A DNA stretch of 64,000 bases from a virus: the IMG/VR virus record IMGVR_UViG_3300018080_000015, positions 1 through 64,000 of that record; one strand, written 5' to 3'. Made by a program: the position numbers and the translations under genes. Below, one piece after another: positions 35,667 through 44,391 of this stretch. How positions within the stretch are numbered: the stretch's first letter is position 1; every line of letters begins with the position of its first letter. The notes under the pieces are model-generated. The model saw only the letters and a list, made by a program, of their open reading frames with translations. It did no database searches and was not told the origin of the DNA.

Positions 35667-36410
35667 TTACGAGAGCTTGTTGTACCCCAGAGACCAACCG
35701 TCGCCGTCCCACTCGACGTTGGCCTCACCGTAATCAGCGTCGATTGCGATGGAGTCGTTGCCGTCGATCTGCCCGCCCTCGACAGCAGACGCGGTGAGCA
35801 CTGCGGAGACCGCAAGATCTCCCGTCCCAACCAGTTCGATCTCGACGTCTTCGTAGGTGAACTCCTCACCGTAGTTGTCGCCTGTGAAGGTGGTGTCCGG
35901 TGCGGTACCGGCAACCGTGATGTCCTCCGCTGCGAGCGCTGCGATGGCGGCGGTCTCAAAGTCGTCGACCTCGTCGTTCAGCGTGGTGCTGGTGCACACG
36001 AGCTCTATATCGACGCCGTTGATCGTCGCTTTCATCTTGTCTCCGACTTCTGGTGTGCCGGAGAAGGTGAGGGTCAGAAGCTGCTTGCGCTGCCCGATGA
36101 TGGAGATGTTGTTGGTGTCAGCGTCGCCCTTCTTGTCCTTGATGCGGTGACGCTGACCTTTCCCGGCACTGGCCGGAAGCTGCACCTCGGTGGCCGCTCC
36201 GACGGCTCTGTTCGCGTAGAAGGTCTCGTCGTAGGCGTTGAGTGCGAAAGCGGCTTCTGCGCCGGCTTCCTCGCGGATGTTGCCGCGCAGGATCGCTCCA
36301 CCCTCTCGATGGTTGTCCGTGTCGAAGAACGGCGCAATGACACTGACGCCTTCCTCGTAGTTCATGTCGGACAGTCCGTCCGTGGTGCCGTGCTTGTTGA
36401 TGACCGTCAT
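35667..36410 (-). CDS. virion decoration/fibre-like protein
   Basis: LPAS..G...IKD..G.A.TNNI...IDG..YG...WDG.GW beta-domain pattern with an internal insertion. Confidence 0.55.
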   Translation of the reverse strand: MTVINKHGTTDGLSDMNYEEGVSVIAPFFDTDNHREGGAILRGNIREEAGAEAAFALNAYDETFYANRAVGAATEVQLPASAGKGQRHRIKDKKGDADTNNISIIGQRKQLLTLTFSGTPEVGDKMKATINGVDIELVCTSTTLNDEVDDFETAAIAALAAEDITVAGTAPDTTFTGDNYGEEFTYEDVEIELVGTGDLAVSAVLTASAVEGGQIDGNDSIAIDADYGEANVEWDGDGWSLGYNKLS

Positions 36411-36559
36411 TGCTGGTTTCCTCCGCTCTTGGTTTTTTCAGGCGCTCTGACCTTCTTTGACCCGATTCGCTCGAACTTTAGAATCGCAGATTCCAAGAGC
36501 TCTCTTTCGGTGCGGGTGTCTTCCGGCTCAGGCTGCGCCGCAGTTGCGCTCATGCTCAT
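36407..36559 (-). CDS. small hypothetical protein
   Basis: Start and stop both overlap neighbouring genes. Confidence 0.45.
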   Translation of the reverse strand: MSMSATAAQPEPEDTRTERELLESAILKFERIGSKKVRAPEKTKSGGNQQ

Positions 36560-36867
36560 ACCTTCAACAGCGCCACTATGATTGAAGCAAGCGCAGCGAT
36601 CAAGGCTACTATGATGCCTCCAGCGACGGCTATTTTCTGTGTTCGTGTTTCTTGTTCTTTCTTCTCCTGCTTCTCTCGCCACATCTTGAGGGAGACGATT
36701 GATGCCTCGGCTGTGCCTACGCGACCCTCAAGCTTCAGCAGTGCAATGGCGACGTCCCGGTGTCCGTCGGCAATCACTTCTATTTCCTGATCGCGTTTTT
36801 CGCACGGGATAGCATCGAGCTTCGTCTCGATCCGAACCAGTCTGGATTTTATGTCCTCTTCGTTCAT
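36556..36867 (-). CDS. small membrane protein (XhlA/holin-like)
   Basis: RLVRIETKLD coil plus one C-terminal hydrophobic helix. Confidence 0.6.
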   Translation of the reverse strand: MNEEDIKSRLVRIETKLDAIPCEKRDQEIEVIADGHRDVAIALLKLEGRVGTAEASIVSLKMWREKQEKKEQETRTQKIAVAGGIIVALIAALASIIVALLKV

Positions 36868-37226
36868 TTTGAGGCTGTACTCTGTAGCTGGATTACAAAC
36901 GGCGAAATCAGCATCCGCCAGTCCTCAGTGGGCGGCTTGATCAGTACGTCTCCAACATAATCTCCGACGGCGATTGTTAGCTCTGCCGCCGTGAACGTGA
37001 TCCGGGCCTTTCCGGGGTCAGTGCCCTGATCCAGCAGCTCGATTCCCGAGCCGACGGTCTTTTCCCATAGAAGCGTGTCGTCGTCCCCAGTACCGTCTCT
37101 GGCTGTGTGCTTGAGATCATAACCGGTCAACACCTGCAGCGCTCCGGCTGGGTCTCGAGCAGTGATGATGTAGTGGCCTTCGACGTTCTGATGGAGCTCA
37201 ACGACGTCGCCGCAGCAATCCGACAT
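36864..37226 (-). CDS. BppU-N-like virion protein
   Basis: D..G....LTG......R...GSGI...GKARITFTAAE..GDYVGDV. Confidence 0.6.
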   Translation of the reverse strand: MSDCCGDVVELHQNVEGHYIITARDPAGALQVLTGYDLKHTARDGTGDDDTLLWEKTVGSGIELLDQGTDPGKARITFTAAELTIAVGDYVGDVLIKPPTEDWRMLISPFVIQLQSTASK

Positions 37227-37227
37227 T

Positions 37228-37539
37228 TCAGTCCTCCCCGCACGGAGTGAGAGCGCCCGAGAATCTTTCAGTCTCAAAAGAGCCGGAGAAGCGCTCGGCG
37301 CTCAGTGCTCCGTCATAGCCCTCTTGCTCTAGTGTAGCGGAGAAGTTTTCAGCTGCACATATGCCGGAATAGGCCTCGCGCGAAAGAGTACCAACCAGGC
37401 ATTCCGGGACCGGATCGAGCGTGTTGATCCACGTCCACAGGAGCTGATCCCGTCGAGATTCCTCCAGCACCAGCCGAGAGCCTGGTGTGGGCTTGCTCAG
37501 CGGAATCAGGTTGGTCTGTACACCCTGATTGATGATCAT
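37228..37539 (-). CDS. hypothetical protein
   Basis: Coupled ORF with short (F/Y)SG repeats at the C-terminus. Confidence 0.6.
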   Translation of the reverse strand: MIINQGVQTNLIPLSKPTPGSRLVLEESRRDQLLWTWINTLDPVPECLVGTLSREAYSGICAAENFSATLEQEGYDGALSAERFSGSFETERFSGALTPCGED

Positions 37540-39728
37540 ACGACTTCAGGCACGGAGAGCCCGGTGGCTCCTACGTAAGTGTCTGGTCCGTTGGTGACGG
37601 TGGCGACCACGATGAGGAGTGTCCCCTCTTCAGGAAGCACGTCTATATGGTCGATGTACACGTCCCAGTACCCTTGCGCGTTCGGCGAGAGCCCGGAGAC
37701 GGAGTGCACCACAGAGCCGTTCAGCAGTACGGAGAGGGCGAGCGTCGCCCCGGGCATCGGAGTGAACTGTCTTTCGAGCTCGACGCGTACAGCTCCGTAC
37801 AGGCCTGCTGGTGCGGACGTTTTATCCACCCAGCTTTGAACCACCTGCTGCAAAGAGCCTTGCCAATCTCCAGAGCCGTGAGCAGCGGAGAGCTCCGTGT
37901 CCACGTCGGTCGGAGTATGACTCGACCGACTGGACACTGCGGTGTCGAGGTAATCCAGGAGCGCAGCTCGGATGCTTGTAAGGCCTTGAGCATCGAGGAC
38001 TGCAGTGATATCAGCGCTCGAGAGATCGTTGAGCGCTGCGACGGCCGCGATGACTGCAGCGACTGCAGCTTGCGTAGTGCTGTGTGCTGCCTGCTGGAGC
38101 GATTCGTCCGCGGGATCTGAGGGGAGTCGCCCGTCAATCGCCGCAGTGTCCGTGAGGATATCGTCGAGCCGGTTTTGTGCCTCACCAGCACTATCCGGAT
38201 CGGTGTGCGTGGTGATGTCCTCGTCCCAGACGGCCGATGCGATTGCAGCCGCCCCGCCAGCACCCTCCCAGCTCCCCGACCCGTGTTCAATCGAGAGCAA
38301 GATGTCCACGTCTGTCTGGCTGTGCGAGCTGCGACTACTGACCGCGGCGTCCAGAAAGTCGAGTAGCGCTGCTCGCACAGCGGTGTATCCCTGAGCTGTC
38401 AGCGCCGCCTGGACGTCGGCTGAGCTCAGGTCGTTCAATGCGTTGATCGCTGCAACAGTCGCAGCATGCAGGGCAGCCAAATCGCTCTGATCGGCCGGAT
38501 CGGCCGGCAGCCTCGAGTCGATCGCATCGGTATCTGCAAGGACATCCTGTAAGTCCCCTCCACCAGCAGGAGAGGCTTGAGATCCAACGACTCCAAGCGC
38601 CCCGCGAATCTGTTCGCGCTCTGCACTCGTCCAGTCCTGTGCACTTGTACCTTCCCATGAACCACCCCCATGCGACGCTGAAAGTTCGGTGTCGACGTCG
38701 GCAGCTGAGTGACTAGAGCGGGAGCTAATCGCCGCGTCGAGAAAATCCAACAGGGCGGCTCGAACCGATGTGTAGCCTTGAGCCGTCATGGCGGACTGCA
38801 CGTCCGCTTGAGACAAATCGTTGAGAGCAGCTATCGCTGCCTGCGTCGCCGCATGGGCCGCCTGCTGCAGAGACTCATCCGCAGGATCCGAAGGCAGCCT
38901 CGTATCGATAGCGTCTGTGTCCGCCAGAATTGCCGCGATATCCGCCCCGTCGAACGGCGTCGAATCTGAGAGGATGGCATCTCGTACGTCCGCAGCAGAA
39001 TGAGAAGACCTGGAGGAGACGGTTGCGTCGAGGTTGTCGATCAGTGCTGCGCGGGCGACCGAGTAGCCTTGAGACGTCATCGCCGCTTGCACGTCCGCCT
39101 GTGAGAGATCGCTGAGCGCGGCAATGTCCGCAACGACAGACGAAATCGCGGCGTCCAAGTTGTCGAGTAGGGCCGCTCGAACAGTTGTGTATCCTTGGGC
39201 AGTAAGCGCGGACTGCACGTCTGCCTGAGAGAGGTTGTTCAAAGCGGCGATATCGGCCTGTGTTTGAGCATGCGCCGCTTGTTGGAGAGACTCGTCAGCA
39301 GGATCGGTCGGAAGACGGCTGTCGATGGCATCCGTATCCGCAAGAACAGCGTCGAGGTCTGCCGGCATGTTCGCCGCCGCGAGCTCATCCAGGTATCCAG
39401 CCCGTGCGGCCGTGTACCCCGCAGCGCTCATCTCTTCGGCTACGGTAGACGCTACAAACAGGTCTGTGGCGCGCATGTGGTCGGGGCTTTCGGTCGTGTG
39501 CCCGCTGTCTGTATAGACGATGTACACCCCCACCACGTAATCCAGTGAGGGCATTGCATAGCCATCGTCGACGTAGAGGCCGTTTGCGACGTGAGACAGA
39601 TCGCGCGTCGTGATGAGCGTGCCACTCGGATTGTAGAGCTCGCACTGCGGGTACATGCCCGTATCTCCGTCTTCGAGCTGGAGAGTAAGCGGAAGGTTGT
39701 CCCCGACTTGAAAGCGCACGTTGGGCAT
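37536..39728 (-). CDS. long helical repeat fibre-like virion protein
   Basis: Repeated DTDAIDxRLPxDPADESLQQAAH..ALNDLSQADVQ.A.T.QGYT.VRAALLD.LDAA.SSRSSH units. Confidence 0.8.
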   Translation of the reverse strand: MPNVRFQVGDNLPLTLQLEDGDTGMYPQCELYNPSGTLITTRDLSHVANGLYVDDGYAMPSLDYVVGVYIVYTDSGHTTESPDHMRATDLFVASTVAEEMSAAGYTAARAGYLDELAAANMPADLDAVLADTDAIDSRLPTDPADESLQQAAHAQTQADIAALNNLSQADVQSALTAQGYTTVRAALLDNLDAAISSVVADIAALSDLSQADVQAAMTSQGYSVARAALIDNLDATVSSRSSHSAADVRDAILSDSTPFDGADIAAILADTDAIDTRLPSDPADESLQQAAHAATQAAIAALNDLSQADVQSAMTAQGYTSVRAALLDFLDAAISSRSSHSAADVDTELSASHGGGSWEGTSAQDWTSAEREQIRGALGVVGSQASPAGGGDLQDVLADTDAIDSRLPADPADQSDLAALHAATVAAINALNDLSSADVQAALTAQGYTAVRAALLDFLDAAVSSRSSHSQTDVDILLSIEHGSGSWEGAGGAAAIASAVWDEDITTHTDPDSAGEAQNRLDDILTDTAAIDGRLPSDPADESLQQAAHSTTQAAVAAVIAAVAALNDLSSADITAVLDAQGLTSIRAALLDYLDTAVSSRSSHTPTDVDTELSAAHGSGDWQGSLQQVVQSWVDKTSAPAGLYGAVRVELERQFTPMPGATLALSVLLNGSVVHSVSGLSPNAQGYWDVYIDHIDVLPEEGTLLIVVATVTNGPDTYVGATGLSVPEVV

Positions 39729-39737
39729 GACTGTCTC

Positions 39738-40124
39738 TTACGGGTCGTAGGTGTCGATCTCCCCAGGCGGGATGAGGCCGACCGAAGAAAGGTACACGTA
39801 CAGGGAAATCTCGATGTCCTCGAAGTAGTTGCTGTCGGGATCGATATCCGCTTTGAGCCACAGCCAGTAGTCCCCCGTCTCGGGAGTGCTATCTGAGAAC
39901 TCAACGTGGATACCCGGCACTCCAGGCACCTCACAGGGGATCCCGTTGAAAAAGGCGCAGTACGCGAACCACGCTTCGAATTTACCCTCTTTGTTGAGGT
40001 AGGCTCTGGCGTGCTCGTGGCTGTGCTTGCACAGCTTCAGATGAGTGAGTGGGATGCCGGGGTCGACGCCTCCCGGCCACTCCGCGTCGATGGGCGTGTC
40101 GAGCTCCCAGATTTTCTGAGACAT
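39738..40124 (-). CDS. hypothetical protein
   Basis: GGAGG/GAGG RBS before ATG 40124; overlaps the 3' end of the GT gene. Confidence 0.65.
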   Translation of the reverse strand: MSQKIWELDTPIDAEWPGGVDPGIPLTHLKLCKHSHEHARAYLNKEGKFEAWFAYCAFFNGIPCEVPGVPGIHVEFSDSTPETGDYWLWLKADIDPDSNYFEDIEISLYVYLSSVGLIPPGEIDTYDP

Positions 40125-41308
40125 GCCTCGTATACCTCCAATGTCTGAGCTGCAGGACTGTCCCAAGAGTAGCGCTTTGCGGTCTCGAGCGCACGATCTA
40201 CTCGACTCTGATCGGGCATCCAAGCTCGCAGGGCAGAAACCAGACCACCGACCGTCGGCTCGATGATAACGGCGTTGGTGTCATTGCAGAAAGAACCGAG
40301 ACCGCCGACGCCCGTTGTGATCAGTGGCACAGAAGCTGCCATCCATTCGAGCGCCACGATACCAAAGGGCTCGTGCAGCGAGGGCACGAGGCCGACCGTA
40401 GCCGATTTCAGTCGCGCCCACTTGGGGAGGCCAAAGTCCTCTTCGCGCGACCAGGTGACGTTGGGGGTTGCCGCAATGAGCCCATCCATGATAGGCACCA
40501 TCTCCTCCAGCGAGGGCGAGATAGCCGCTTGGATGAGGAAGTCCCACTCTGGGAGCTCTTTTGCGGCATCAACGACCAGCTGCAGACCCTTCGAGGGAAC
40601 CAACCTACCGACGAAGGCAGCCAGAGGTCTGTCTGACTCTCGCCGTTCGGGCTTGACGGCCGCGAAAGCCTCCCAGTCCACCCCGTTTGGGATGACGCGA
40701 ATCTTTTCGGGGGGAACCAGAAATGTCTCTTCGAGCATCTTCCGATAGGAAGGGCTTACAGCAATCACCCTGTTGGCTGTGTGGTACGCGTGAAGTTCCG
40801 TCTCGCAGCCCCACTCATAGTTCGGAAGGCTATCCGGGTGCACCGACGTGTGACTGAGATGTGACGTCACAACGAGATGGGCTCGGTGCGCGAGACAGGC
40901 CACCTTGGCGACGGGCAAGAGATGGGTCTCGTGCATGTGAACCAGATCGAAGTGCTCGTGCGCGAAGAAGTGAGCCCAATTGCAGACGAAGTTTTCGAAC
41001 TTCACCACCTCGTGAGCCATGCCCTTGACCAGGTCCATGTTGTGCTCGTTGAGGTTTCGGATGTGAAGCAGCCGATAAGAACCGGTAGGAGCTCCGGCCC
41101 GCCACTCCGGCTCTGATACCTCCCGCGGCACCCCATCTTCGACGATCAACAGTCGCTGGTACTGGTCCTTGCCGATGCCCATCAGCGTGAGGTCGACGTG
41201 CTCGCACAGACGGCTGGCGATGGACAACACGTGTACTCCAAGACCTCCCTGTGGTTCGAAGGGACTCTCAAACAGCAGCATCAAGACTCTAGGGCGTTCG
41301 CCAGACAC
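40037..41308 (-). CDS. GT4 (GT-B) glycosyltransferase
   Basis: GGLGVHV, DLVHMH, VIAVS, VIPNGVD, FVGRLVPSKG, VPSLHEPFGIVALE; GTG start at 41308 with RBS. Confidence 0.93.
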   Translation of the reverse strand: MSGERPRVLMLLFESPFEPQGGLGVHVLSIASRLCEHVDLTLMGIGKDQYQRLLIVEDGVPREVSEPEWRAGAPTGSYRLLHIRNLNEHNMDLVKGMAHEVVKFENFVCNWAHFFAHEHFDLVHMHETHLLPVAKVACLAHRAHLVVTSHLSHTSVHPDSLPNYEWGCETELHAYHTANRVIAVSPSYRKMLEETFLVPPEKIRVIPNGVDWEAFAAVKPERRESDRPLAAFVGRLVPSKGLQLVVDAAKELPEWDFLIQAAISPSLEEMVPIMDGLIAATPNVTWSREEDFGLPKWARLKSATVGLVPSLHEPFGIVALEWMAASVPLITTGVGGLGSFCNDTNAVIIEPTVGGLVSALRAWMPDQSRVDRALETAKRYSWDSPAAQTLEVYEACLRKSGSSTRPSTRSGREASTPASHSLI

Positions 41309-41798
41309 GGTACTCCACCTCCAGATCGACCCGAGCGGTGATGCCAGCACTCGGGTGCGTGTTCTTCATCTCAACCTTCAGGGTGTCCCCATCGATCCAC
41401 GCACGGTTGATGAAGGTCCAGTAGTTCCCCGTTCCGGAGCCGGCCCCAAAGTTGAACGACGACAGCTTCCCATCGTCGGAGTACGACCACCACTGCGTCC
41501 AGAAGTCGTAGCAGGTGTAGGCGATACCGCTGGGGTACCCCGGGATCGTCGTGTACTTGTCGTCGACAGACTGCGCCACGGAATCGGCGTCGCTCCGGGT
41601 TGCCAGGATAGCTGCTCCAATCCGCCGATGGTTCGGGGCAGCGTTGGGGATCCCCAAAAAGACAAGTGCGACGTCGTAGTCGTCTCGGTCGAGCTGAATC
41701 TCTACCGTGTACGTTCCACCAGCTCCCGAACACACTTCGTTGGAAACGCTCGCGCGGCCGCGTCTGAATCCGAACGGTAGGAGCCGGGAGAAGGCCAT
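41289..41798 (-). CDS. hypothetical virion-type protein, paralog B
   Basis: Aligns end to end with 41800-42300. Confidence 0.75.
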   Translation of the reverse strand: MAFSRLLPFGFRRGRASVSNEVCSGAGGTYTVEIQLDRDDYDVALVFLGIPNAAPNHRRIGAAILATRSDADSVAQSVDDKYTTIPGYPSGIAYTCYDFWTQWWSYSDDGKLSSFNFGAGSGTGNYWTFINRAWIDGDTLKVEMKNTHPSAGITARVDLEVEYRVWRTP

Positions 41799-41799
41799 G

Positions 41800-42300
41800 T
41801 CAGCTCCTCCAGACGCGCCATTCGGCCTCGAAGATCAGGTTGGCTGCGACGGTCGCGTGGCTGTTTGAAAAGGTGATCTCCAGGTTGGAGCCGTTGATGC
41901 GGCACGAGTCGATCCTAACTGGCGTGGCCGTGCCGCCCCCGCCGCCCCCGAAGTACCGCTCAGAAAGAAACGCGTCGTCCGAGTAGGAATACCAACTGTG
42001 CCGCCACACGGTGACGGTGTACGGAAGGCCACTGGGGTAGGATGGGATCGTGGTCCAGGCGAGTTTGGTTGCCTGACTCACCGCGTCGTCCGCGTCGTCC
42101 GTGAACAGGATTCCTGCGGTCACTCGTCGACGGCTAGTCAGAGACACTGTGTTCGGGAGGCCGAGAAACAGCATCCCGATGTTGTAGTCGCTACGGTCGA
42201 GCGAGACCTGGATGGTTTTGGTGCCTGCGGCCGGAATACTGTCCGAGATGGACGCGCGCCCACGTTGGAATGACAGTGCTTGGTATTCCGACTTTGCCAT
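41800..42300 (-). CDS. hypothetical virion-type protein, paralog A
   Basis: Shares RGRAS, LDRxDY, FLGxPN, TTIPxYPSG, SYSDD and ExRVWR with paralog B. Confidence 0.75.
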   Translation of the reverse strand: MAKSEYQALSFQRGRASISDSIPAAGTKTIQVSLDRSDYNIGMLFLGLPNTVSLTSRRRVTAGILFTDDADDAVSQATKLAWTTIPSYPSGLPYTVTVWRHSWYSYSDDAFLSERYFGGGGGGTATPVRIDSCRINGSNLEITFSNSHATVAANLIFEAEWRVWRS

Positions 42301-42638
42301 CAGCCATTGATGATGTTGCGGAGCTTGTTTCTGCAGTTCTCGAGGGGATCGAGACAGCGGTGCACGCCCGCCACAAGGGCCTCTTGGATGTCCCCCACGG
42401 CGTCACTGTACTTGTACTTGCCGTGAGTCTTCTTCCTGAAAACCCCCCTGTAACTCCACGTCTCGTTTTCGGCATCCCAGATCGCTCGTACGCCCACGAT
42501 CCCCAGTTTGGTCTTGGACAACACGAGCACATCGTCTGAGCCGCGCTTGGGAAGAGACACGGTCTTCTTCCCAGGCAACTGCCCGCCGAAGACGTTGAGG
42601 ATTGCCGCGGACACTGCGATCTGTTCTGGGCTGAACAT
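42300..42638 (-). CDS. hypothetical protein whose RBS and start codon lie inside the 66-bp repeat
   Basis: GAGG-cgtct-ATGTTCAG lies within the repeat; TGATG coupling to the next gene. Confidence 0.75.
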   Translation of the reverse strand: MFSPEQIAVSAAILNVFGGQLPGKKTVSLPKRGSDDVLVLSKTKLGIVGVRAIWDAENETWSYRGVFRKKTHGKYKYSDAVGDIQEALVAGVHRCLDPLENCRNKLRNIING

Positions 42639-42696
42639 AGACGCCTCGGATCGATTGATCTGGTGAACCTCGAGGTCTTCTGGATCAGTTGGTGTG
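42631..42696 (-). repeat. 66-bp inverted repeat, right copy (partner 16090-16155)
   Basis: Reverse complement is cacaccaactgatccagaagacctcgaggttcaccagatcaatcgatccgaggcgtctatgttcag. Confidence 0.95.
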
Positions 42697-42732
42697 CTCC
42701 GAGCTCGAGCTCGGACAGATCAAACGATCTGC

Positions 42733-43113
42733 TTACGTGTCGGGCTCGGGAGCTGACGGGCAGATCGAAGGATCTCCGATGGCGAGATAATCGAACTGGC
42801 CAACCGCCTCGATGGAGATGATGAGCAACAGGCAATGAACGGGCTCTTCCTTCTCGAGGTCGAGCGCAGTGTAGCGTGTCGTGATCTCCGTCGGGATGCC
42901 AAAGAGCTGAAGCTGTGATGTCGCCTCGATGTCGACTTGGTAGCCAGTCGTCTCGTCGGCGAATCGGGTGTTGAGCTCCACGTCCTGGAACTTCACGAAG
43001 AGCTCCGGATCGAGGTTGGCGTTACCCTGCGGACCACACCCGGCGAGCAACACGATCGCGAGGAACAGCGTGACAATTGCGATGTAGTAGAGAATGTTTG
43101 GCCTCCAGAACAT
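42733..43113 (-). CDS. putative lipoprotein
   Basis: Hydrophobic leader ending in the lipobox LLAGC. Confidence 0.65.
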   Translation of the reverse strand: MFWRPNILYYIAIVTLFLAIVLLAGCGPQGNANLDPELFVKFQDVELNTRFADETTGYQVDIEATSQLQLFGIPTEITTRYTALDLEKEEPVHCLLLIISIEAVGQFDYLAIGDPSICPSAPEPDT

Positions 43114-43122
43114 GTGATCCTC

Positions 43123-43704
43123 CTACGGTCGTTTCGGGATGATGTCCATATCGACATCTGCGCTCGACGCTCGGAAAGCAATCTTTGGGTAGGTACTGGG
43201 AGACGGGTTGCGGATGTAAACGAGCTCGTCTGCGATGAGCACAGCGTCATTCTCGTCGCCGTTGTCACCGACAGCCGAAACGGCCGCGGCATCGCCCGTA
43301 TCCCCACCCGCAAGACCTGTGGTGGTCTCGTTGACGGTCTCCACTTGGAACGGCCCGCCTGAAGTGACCACGATGCGCGTGTGCGTCGCATCGATCGCCT
43401 CCAGGATGAGGCCGACAGCGCTCGAGGTGAGCCCGCGCAGGTAGTTCCCGACTGCGAAGAGCCCGTCATCGCCGGCTATCGCGCCGTGAGTCAGAACCAC
43501 ATCGGTGAAGCACCGAACCTCAGACGGATCCAGTGCAGCGCCGCCGATGCGCACATGGCACTCTTCTGTCGGCCGCACGCGGATGTGCGTCTTGTTCGTA
43601 TCCGGCCAGTCGATCACAAGGCCGTCGGTCTTTGAGATGCCGGTGTGGCGCTGACAGGCCTGCTGGCTTTCGAGCGGCTCAACGATTTCTGCTATTTCGG
43701 CCAC
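43123..43704 (-). CDS. hypothetical virion protein
   Basis: AGGAG RBS; lies in the neck cluster. Confidence 0.65.
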   Translation of the reverse strand: MAEIAEIVEPLESQQACQRHTGISKTDGLVIDWPDTNKTHIRVRPTEECHVRIGGAALDPSEVRCFTDVVLTHGAIAGDDGLFAVGNYLRGLTSSAVGLILEAIDATHTRIVVTSGGPFQVETVNETTTGLAGGDTGDAAAVSAVGDNGDENDAVLIADELVYIRNPSPSTYPKIAFRASSADVDMDIIPKRP

Positions 43705-43713
43705 GACTGACTC

Positions 43714-44391
43714 CTACTCTTCTGTCAGGTCTACGACGTCGAGCACGTCACCGTCCAGGTTCTCAATCTGCGTGCGGATGAGCTTGCAAGTCTTTCCTTC
43801 GTACTGCTGCGAGCTCGCCGGCATGAGACGGGTCTGACCCTGCACCCGGTACACGGTCCGGAAATAGCGGGACTTCACCTCGTCCTGTCTGTCTGACATC
43901 CGACCCGCCCCTTGAAACACAAAGCGTACAGGAAAAGATATGGCTCCGATAGTGCTTCCGAGAGGCGCCGCGTCGATCACAGTGTCGTACACCGGACCGA
44001 AGTATCGGTCGATTTCTACTTCGATCTGCGTGAGCCATGTGTCGTGTGGGCTCCGTATGTCGAGCTGCCACTCGAGGTCGACGGGCCGGGGATAGGGAGC
44101 CTGAATCGCATTCTCGTTTGTTGGCACGTCGAGGTGATCCCAGATGCGAGCTCCGGTCGCGAGCGGGCGCGTCGTAGAGATCTCCGGTCGGTTCATGCGC
44201 TGGACGGCGCAAAAGGGGCGCGTGATTTGAGGCGCATCGAGGAGCTGCAGGTACTCACTCGCTCCGTAGCGCACGACGGTCATGGAGCTGTCTGGGGTGT
44301 AGCCGTTGTAAGTGTCCAGCGAGAACGACTCCTGGTAGACCGGTAGGGTGTCGAGGAGCTCAAACAGCTTGATTTCCGTCGCTAAGATCAT
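43714..44391 (-). CDS. tail terminator-like neck protein
   Basis: PYPRPVDLEWQLDIRS..YFRTVYRV; synteny. Confidence 0.65.
   Translation of the reverse strand: MILATEIKLFELLDTLPVYQESFSLDTYNGYTPDSSMTVVRYGASEYLQLLDAPQITRPFCAVQRMNRPEISTTRPLATGARIWDHLDVPTNENAIQAPYPRPVDLEWQLDIRSPHDTWLTQIEVEIDRYFGPVYDTVIDAAPLGSTIGAISFPVRFVFQGAGRMSDRQDEVKSRYFRTVYRVQGQTRLMPASSQQYEGKTCKLIRTQIENLDGDVLDVVDLTEE

Noticed and set aside
16090-42696. Inverted repeats as transposon ends or as a DGR template/variable repeat pair
   Set aside because: No transposase or reverse transcriptase is visible, and there are only two mismatches with no variable coding target.
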